From positions 9,189-73,188 of the forward strand of contig CACOXV010000008.1 in assembly GCA_902631295.1 (NCBI GenBank): DNA of 64,000 nucleotides. Direction: 5' to 3'. Made by a program: the position numbers and the translations under genes. Origin of the DNA: Paracoccaceae bacterium. GTDB lineage: Bacteria; Pseudomonadota; Alphaproteobacteria; Rhodobacterales; Rhodobacteraceae. The notes beneath the pieces were generated by a model. It searched no databases. It was not told the origin of the DNA and saw nothing but the letters and a program-made list of their open reading frames with translations. This document shows positions 58,102 to 64,000 of this stretch, piece after piece. Numbering within the stretch: position 1 is the first letter of the stretch; every line of letters begins with the position of its first letter.

Positions 58102-59426
58102 TGTCATATGAGATAATTGCTATTTTAATGTTCTCAACAATGATGTTGATGCTCCTCACCGGTCAGCGGGTATTTGGAGCTATTGGTTTTGTTGCAGTTG
58201 TAGCTGCTTTTTTTCTGTGGGGAGATAGAGGTGGTTATGATATTGGATTTGCTGCAGCTATTAAACTAATGAAATGGTATCCTCTGTTAACATTACCGAT
58301 GTTTATTTTCATGGGGTATATTCTCTCTGAATCAAAAATAGCAGATGATCTCTATAAGATGTTTCATGTTTGGATGGGCGGTCTTTCGGGGGGCCTTGCA
58401 GTTGGCACTATTGGTTTGATGGTGCTCATTTCAGCAATGAACGGTCTTTCTGTGGCGGGTATGGCAATTGGAGCTACAATTGCACTCCCTGAATTGCTTA
58501 AGCGCGGTTATGATAAAAGGATGGTTACTGGAGTAATTCAGGCTGGGTCCTCTCTAGGAATACTGGTTCCTCCTTCAGTCGTTCTGGTGCTTTATGCTAT
58601 GATTGCTCGTCAACCTGTGGGTCAACTTTGGTTGGCAGGAGTGATACCTGGGCTCATGATGGCGGCTATGTTTATAATTTATATTGCAGTACGTTGTCGT
58701 ATTAACCCGGCACTTGGCCCAATTCTTCCAGTTGAGGATCGGAATATTCCACTTCCTGTAAAATTAAAACTTCTTCGCGCCGGTCTGTTACCTTTATTTA
58801 TATTTTTTGCAATGATGATCCCATTCATCAATGGGTGGACATCTTTAGTTGAAAGCTCTGCAATTGGAGCAATTGCGGCTTTTCTTGCCGCAGTAGTAAA
58901 AGGGCGCATGACGCGCGACGTTTTTGAAAAAAGTGTACGCAAAACCCTTGGCATTTCATGCATGTTTATGTGGATTATTCTGGCAGCTCTTGCATTCGGA
59001 GCAGTCTTTGATGGTTTAGGGGCAGTAAAAGCTATTGAGAGTCTTTTTACAGAACAGCTTGGTTTGTCCCCATGGGTTATTCTAATTTTGATGCAGCTAA
59101 GTTTCATTATTATGGGTACCTTTTTAGATGACACGGCGATGTTAGTAATCGTTGCACCATTGTATGTGCCCCTCGTTGGGGAATTGGGTTTTAATTTAAT
59201 TTGGTATGGAGTTCTTTACACAATTACTACACAGATTGCTTACATGACCCCACCATTTGGGTATAATCTATTTCTGATGAGAGCTATGGCTCCTCCAGAG
59301 ATCAGTCTTAAAGATATATACACTTCTATTCTGCCTTTCGTGATAGTAATGGTTTTTGCGCTGACAGTAATAATGTTATTTCCAGAATTAGCGCTTTGGT
59401 TGCCAGGAGAGGTGTACGGAAATTAA
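58101..59426 (+). CDS. dctM: TRAP large permease (ethanolamine system)
   Basis: SAMNGLSVAG, LGILVPPS, YMTPPFG. Confidence 0.93.
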   Translation: MSYEIIAILMFSTMMLMLLTGQRVFGAIGFVAVVAAFFLWGDRGGYDIGFAAAIKLMKWYPLLTLPMFIFMGYILSESKIADDLYKMFHVWMGGLSGGLAVGTIGLMVLISAMNGLSVAGMAIGATIALPELLKRGYDKRMVTGVIQAGSSLGILVPPSVVLVLYAMIARQPVGQLWLAGVIPGLMMAAMFIIYIAVRCRINPALGPILPVEDRNIPLPVKLKLLRAGLLPLFIFFAMMIPFINGWTSLVESSAIGAIAAFLAAVVKGRMTRDVFEKSVRKTLGISCMFMWIILAALAFGAVFDGLGAVKAIESLFTEQLGLSPWVILILMQLSFIIMGTFLDDTAMLVIVAPLYVPLVGELGFNLIWYGVLYTITTQIAYMTPPFGYNLFLMRAMAPPEISLKDIYTSILPFVIVMVFALTVIMLFPELALWLPGEVYGN

Positions 59427-59489
59427 TTTTAAGAGATCCCTGTGAAAGGGACGAAAGTAGAGGAGAGTATCAATAAAAAGGAGTATATC

Positions 59490-60527
59490 ATGACAACAAG
59501 ACGTAAGTTTTTAACCACAGCAAGTATAGGCGGTGCAGCGGCACTAGCTACGCCTGCAATAGTCCAAGCTCAAAGCACAATAAAATGGCGTTTTCAAACG
59601 TATGCCGGCGGTGCACTTGGAGAACATGTAACTAAGCCAGTAATTGATTACATAAACGCTAATTCTAATGGAGAGCTGCAGGTAGAGTTATTCTATGCAG
59701 ATCAAATAGTCCCAACTGGTGAGCTCTTTCAAGCGTTGCAACGAGGCACAATTGATGGCGTTCATTCAGACGACGACTCAATGGCGTCACCAACTCCATT
59801 GCGTATGTTTGGAGGGTATTTTCCATTTGCAACCAAGCATATTTTAGATGTTCCAGTTCTATTTAATCAATATGGATTAAAGGAAATTTGGGAAGAAGAG
59901 TATGCAAAGGTAGGTGTAAAATGGATATCAGCCGCAGGGCAGGATCCTTGTAACTTCAATACAAAAAAGGAAATCACAAGTGTAGGCGATCTAGACGGGT
60001 TAAGATTATACTCATTTCCAACCGCAGGTAGGTTTCTAGCGAAATTTGGTGTGGTGCCGATGAACATTCCTTATGAAGATGCGGAGGTAGCAGTGCAAAC
60101 TGGTGAGCTTGATGGAATGGCCTGGTCAGGAATTACCGAAGATTATACTGTGGGTTGGGCTGATGTTACGGATTATTTTCTAACGAATAATATTTCCGGT
60201 GCTTGGATTGGCTCATGGTTCGTAAACGAGAAGAGATGGGCTGACTTACCAGATCACCTTAAATCGGTAGTTATGGCGGCAACCGAAGCCGGACATACAT
60301 ATCGTAACCAATGGTATTGGGGTGGTGAAGCGGCCCTACGTGCAAACGGTGATAAGCTTGCATTACGCTCAGTTCCTCCGGCAGAATGGGCAGAAGTTGA
60401 AAACGCTGCCAAGGATTTTTGGGAAGAAGTCGCTCAAGAAGGTGAGGTGCATCAAAAGATTGTAAACATCTTTAAAGAGTACAACTCCGTCATTAATCAG
60501 GCTGGAGCTCCATATAATTTTGAGTAA
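59490..60527 (+). CDS. dctP: Tat-exported TRAP substrate-binding protein, ethanolamine-binding type
   Basis: TRRKFL signal; LYSFPT (Phe replaces the canonical Arg), WSGITED; neighbours are GS-like, ALDH and Fe-ADH genes. Confidence 0.85.
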   Translation: MTTRRKFLTTASIGGAAALATPAIVQAQSTIKWRFQTYAGGALGEHVTKPVIDYINANSNGELQVELFYADQIVPTGELFQALQRGTIDGVHSDDDSMASPTPLRMFGGYFPFATKHILDVPVLFNQYGLKEIWEEEYAKVGVKWISAAGQDPCNFNTKKEITSVGDLDGLRLYSFPTAGRFLAKFGVVPMNIPYEDAEVAVQTGELDGMAWSGITEDYTVGWADVTDYFLTNNISGAWIGSWFVNEKRWADLPDHLKSVVMAATEAGHTYRNQWYWGGEAALRANGDKLALRSVPPAEWAEVENAAKDFWEEVAQEGEVHQKIVNIFKEYNSVINQAGAPYNFE

Positions 60528-60539
60528 AAACTAATAAAT

Positions 60540-60564
60540 GAGCGCCCTGAAGCTTGGGGCGCTC
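60540..60564 (+). other. Intercistronic hairpin after dctP
   Basis: GAGCGCCC...GGGCGCTC inverted repeat. Confidence 0.55.
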
Positions 60565-60584
60565 TCCAATAGGGAAGAATGATA

Positions 60585-61946
60585 ATGACCGGAAATTTAA
60601 AATTTAAAGATCTGGAGTCGGCCGTTGGCGACGGCAGTATTGATACTGTGCTTGTATGTTTTGTGGATATGCAAGGAAGGCTGATGGGTAAAAGATTCCA
60701 CGCAAAACACTTTATTTCTGAGGGATATAAAGAAACCCATTGTTGTGATTATTTGTTAGCTACTGATATAGAGATGGGTACACCAGATGGATATGCATCT
60801 ACGAGTTGGGAAGATGGTTATGGCGACTATACGATGAAGCCAGACCTTAGTACCCTACGTAGTATCCCATGGTTGGATGGTACGGCTATGGTCATCTGTG
60901 ATGTCCTTGATCATCACACACATGAGGAAGTAAGTCATTCACCCCGAGCTATTCTAAAGAAGCAGATTAAGCGTCTTGAAAAAATTGGCCTTGATCCCAT
61001 GATGGCTACAGAATTAGAATTTTTTCTTTTTGAGAAAAGCTTCAAAGAGATACAGGAAGATGGTTTTCGGGAGCTAACGCCCATTAGCGCCTATAATGAA
61101 GATTATCATATCCTTCAAACTACAAAAGAAGAACATATCATGCGCCCTGTTCGTAACTGTTTATGGGATGCTGGTATACCGGTCGAAAACTCGAAAGGTG
61201 AGGCGGAGACGGGTCAAGAAGAGCTGAATATAAAATATGCGAATGCACTTAATACCGCCGAGTATCATACAATTGCCAAACACGCTGTGAAGGAAATTGC
61301 CTGGAGTAAGGGGCATGCAGTTACTTTCCTACCAAAGTGGCATCACGACAAGGTGGGTTCTTCGTCACACGTTCACCAGTCACTATGGAAAGACGGTAAA
61401 AATGCATTCTATGATCCTAATGATAAATTGGGAATGAGCCTGTTGATGAAACATTATATGGCAGGACTTCTGCAGTACACATCAGATATTACATTTTTTC
61501 TTGCTCCTTATGTTAATAGTTACAAGCGCTTTGCTAAAGGAACATTTGCTCCTACTCGTATTATCTGGTCGGTAGATAATCGTACGGCTGGTTTTCGTTT
61601 GTGTGGAGCAGGAACTAAGAGTGTCAGAATAGAATGTAGAATCGGTGGTTCGGATATGAATCCCTACTTAGCGATTGCCGCCCAAATTGCTGCTGGATTG
61701 GCAGGAATAGAAAATAAGCTAGAGCTAGATGAGCCTGCTAAAGGCGATGTTTACCAGGGTGACACAAAAATGATTCCTGAAAGTTTGCGTGAGGCAAAGT
61801 TCGCTCTGGCTCAATCCGAAATGCTAAAATCTGCTTTTGGAGAGGGCGTCGTAAAACATTATTGTAGAGCTGCTGAAGTTGAGTTGGAAGAATTTGATAG
61901 GGTTGTGACGGATTGGGAAATAGCAAGAGGCTTTGAAAGAGCGTGA
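60585..61946 (+). CDS. Glutamine-synthetase-like gamma-glutamyl-amine ligase (glutamate-ethanolamine ligase)
   Basis: DMQGRLMGKR, ATELEFF, GQEELN, GSSSHVHQSL, NRTAGFR, IECR. Confidence 0.88.
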   Translation: MTGNLKFKDLESAVGDGSIDTVLVCFVDMQGRLMGKRFHAKHFISEGYKETHCCDYLLATDIEMGTPDGYASTSWEDGYGDYTMKPDLSTLRSIPWLDGTAMVICDVLDHHTHEEVSHSPRAILKKQIKRLEKIGLDPMMATELEFFLFEKSFKEIQEDGFRELTPISAYNEDYHILQTTKEEHIMRPVRNCLWDAGIPVENSKGEAETGQEELNIKYANALNTAEYHTIAKHAVKEIAWSKGHAVTFLPKWHHDKVGSSSHVHQSLWKDGKNAFYDPNDKLGMSLLMKHYMAGLLQYTSDITFFLAPYVNSYKRFAKGTFAPTRIIWSVDNRTAGFRLCGAGTKSVRIECRIGGSDMNPYLAIAAQIAAGLAGIENKLELDEPAKGDVYQGDTKMIPESLREAKFALAQSEMLKSAFGEGVVKHYCRAAEVELEEFDRVVTDWEIARGFERA

Positions 61947-61950
61947 TATT

Positions 61951-63330
61951 ATGAATGAAATAACATGTATATCACCGATTAATGGTGAAATATTTGCTAA
62001 AAGAAATACCCTTTCATTAAAGGTTGCACAGGAAAAAGTTCAACTCCTGCGTGCAGCACAAAAAGCTTGGTCGGCTCGCCCATTAGCTGAACGTATATCG
62101 TTGGTTATGGAAGGTGTAGACGCTGTAGGCAAAATGAACGATCAGATCGTACCAGAGCTAGCCCAAATGATGGGGAGGCCAATTAGGTATGGTGGTGAAT
62201 TTGGGGGGTTTAAAGAGCGCGCTCAATATATGAGTGAGATAGCTGAAGAAGCGTTGCAAGATATTGAGATTAGCAATGACTCCAGTTTTAAGCGTTATAT
62301 AAGACGAATACCTCATGGATTAGTTTTCGTCGTCGCACCGTGGAATTATCCTTATATGACGGCAATCAATACAATTGCTCCTGCGCTAATTGCAGGAAAT
62401 GTCGTAGCATTAAAACACGCAACCCAAACCCTTCTGGTGGGTGAGCGCCTCGTTGACGCTTTCATTTCTGTCGGTATCCCGAAAGATGTATTTATTAACA
62501 TGTATTTAGACCACGACACCACGTCTCGTCTTATTGAAGATAATTCATTTGATTTCGTTAATTTTACCGGTTCTTTGCGAGGGGGCATCGAGATCGAGCG
62601 AGCAGCAGCTGGAACTTTTACGCCTGTTGGAACAGAACTTGGGGGTAAAGATCCCGGGTATGTCATGGAAGATGCGGATTTAGATGCAGCAGTGGAAACA
62701 CTAATAGACGGTGCAATGTTTAATTCTGGACAATGTTGCTGTGGAATAGAGCGAATTTATGTAGTCGAGAGTCTTTACGAAAAATTCTTACAGAAAGCGA
62801 TAAATATTGTCGAAAATTATAAGCTTGGCAATCCGTTGGAGCCTGAAACTACTATTGGGCCTATGGCAAATAAACGATTTTCTGATGAAGTAAGATTACA
62901 AATTAACGAGGCTGTAGAGTTAGGTGCAACGGCTCATATCGAAGTTTTTAAAAATGATGATGCTGGCACCTATGTAACTCCACAAATTTTAACAGGTGTT
63001 AATCATAATATGCGAATTATGAAAGATGAAACGTTTGGTCCTGTTGTCTGTATTATGCCTGTGTCCAGTGATGAAGAAGCTATTTGCTTGATGAACGATA
63101 GTGAATTTGGTTTAACTGCGAGCCTGTGGACAAAGGATGTTGGCCGAGCAGAAAAAATTGCAGATCAAATTGAAACAGGGACAGTATTTCTAAATCGTGC
63201 TGATTACCTTGATCCAGCGATTTGTTGGACTGGTTGTAAAAATACGGGTAGTGGTGGTGGTCTATCGATCATTGGTTATCATAATCTTACACGGCCTAAA
63301 TCTTACCATCTGAAGAAAGTAACGAAATGA
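61951..63330 (+). CDS. Aldehyde dehydrogenase
   Basis: PWNYP, FTGS, ELGGKDP, FNSGQCCC, ETFGP. Confidence 0.93.
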   Translation: MNEITCISPINGEIFAKRNTLSLKVAQEKVQLLRAAQKAWSARPLAERISLVMEGVDAVGKMNDQIVPELAQMMGRPIRYGGEFGGFKERAQYMSEIAEEALQDIEISNDSSFKRYIRRIPHGLVFVVAPWNYPYMTAINTIAPALIAGNVVALKHATQTLLVGERLVDAFISVGIPKDVFINMYLDHDTTSRLIEDNSFDFVNFTGSLRGGIEIERAAAGTFTPVGTELGGKDPGYVMEDADLDAAVETLIDGAMFNSGQCCCGIERIYVVESLYEKFLQKAINIVENYKLGNPLEPETTIGPMANKRFSDEVRLQINEAVELGATAHIEVFKNDDAGTYVTPQILTGVNHNMRIMKDETFGPVVCIMPVSSDEEAICLMNDSEFGLTASLWTKDVGRAEKIADQIETGTVFLNRADYLDPAICWTGCKNTGSGGGLSIIGYHNLTRPKSYHLKKVTK

Positions 63331-64000
63331 CACTAATTGGAAATTGGTCATATCCTACACAAATAAAATTTGGCGCTGGTCGAATAAGGGAAATTTCTGA
63401 TGCTTGTAATCAAGCAAATATTAAAAAACCACTTCTGATTACTGATAAAGGTTTGAGTAATCTTCCAATAACATCCAGAACTTTGCAGTTAATGAAAGAA
63501 GCTGGTCTGGGCGAAGCTATTTTTTCGAATGTTGACCCAAACCCTAATGAGAAAAATTTAGATGCAGGTATAGCTGCATTTACAGAAGGAAATCATGATG
63601 GCGTAATCGCCTTTGGAGGAGGTTCAGGCTTAGATCTAGGGAAATTAGTTGCTTTTATGGTTGGTCAAGATCGCTCAGTTTGGGATTTCGAAGATGTATC
63701 TGATTGGTGGACGCGTGCAAAGTCAGACGCAATTTTTCCTATTGTTGCGGTTCCAACAACTGCTGGAACTGGATCCGAAGTTGGAAGAGCTAGCGTTCTG
63801 ACTAATTCTGTTACTGCTGAGAAGAAAATTATTTTCCATCCACAAATTTTGCCAAAAGTTGTCATTTGCGATCCAGAGCTAACCGTTGAAATGCCAAAAT
63901 CAATAACTGCTGGTACCGGTTTGGATGCATTTGCACACTGTGTAGAGGCATTTTCGAGCCCACATTACCACCCGATGAGCCAAGGTATCGCAGTGGAGGG
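63327..64000 (+). CDS. Iron-containing alcohol dehydrogenase (3' end truncated by the window edge)
   Basis: Hand-translated MTLIGNWSYPTQIKFGAGRI; GGGSGLDLGK, PTTAGTGSE, DAFAHCVE; ATGA overlap; absent from the ORF track. Confidence 0.9.
   Translation, partial: MTLIGNWSYPTQIKFGAGRIREISDACNQANIKKPLLITDKGLSNLPITSRTLQLMKEAGLGEAIFSNVDPNPNEKNLDAGIAAFTEGNHDGVIAFGGGSGLDLGKLVAFMVGQDRSVWDFEDVSDWWTRAKSDAIFPIVAVPTTAGTGSEVGRASVLTNSVTAEKKIIFHPQILPKVVICDPELTVEMPKSITAGTGLDAFAHCVEAFSSPHYHPMSQGIAVE

Noticed and set aside
60585-61946. glnA (ammonia assimilation)
   Set aside because: Motifs and TRAP/ALDH/ADH context indicate a gamma-glutamyl-amine ligase.
237-63865. Many 60-150 aa ORFs overlapping real genes (e.g. 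237-464, 10153-10461, 37544-37867, 48748-49155, 58679-59134, 63665-63865)
   Set aside because: Antisense or out-of-frame shadows of well-supported genes, with no motifs or RBS.
1-64000. CRISPR arrays, IS elements, prophage, tRNA/rRNA
   Set aside because: No spaced direct repeats, transposase/integrase ORFs or tRNA/rRNA signatures noticed on reading.

Overview
AT-rich, densely coded chromosomal segment (GC judged by eye in the high 30s %). Gene content fits a streamlined marine alphaproteobacterium, probably Rhodobacterales (inference). About 55 CDS, nearly all for uptake and catabolism of dissolved organic N/S/P compounds. Transporters: three TRAP systems, a polyamine ABC transporter split tail-to-tail, a BMP nucleoside ABC transporter plus codA, and a 2-aminoethylphosphonate ABC transporter (aepXVW). 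Catabolism: an ethanolamine gamma-glutamylation operon (runs off the right edge), flavin amine oxidases, a Rieske oxygenase, a P450, BKACE, a ureohydrolase, an AruI-like decarboxylase and a hydroxyproline dehydratase. No rRNA, tRNA, CRISPR, transposase, integrase or transcription-factor gene was recognised. Best candidates for new biology: (1) a coupled operon of GT2 glycosyltransferase, nucleoside-phosphorylase fold, SPL-like radical SAM and SDR (34341-37781) with no pathway known to me; (2) an unannotated two-hairpin anti-Shine-Dalgarno sRNA (about 37910-38023) whose first loop is 13/13 complementary to the RBS of the TRAP dctP gene at 47003; (3) a PYROXD2-like flavoprotein pair plus a GcvT-family protein in a polyamine island, possibly a split THF-dependent N-demethylase; (4) eroded gene relics, including a DddQ-like cupin fragment. 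All functional calls come from reading motifs by eye; no searches were run.
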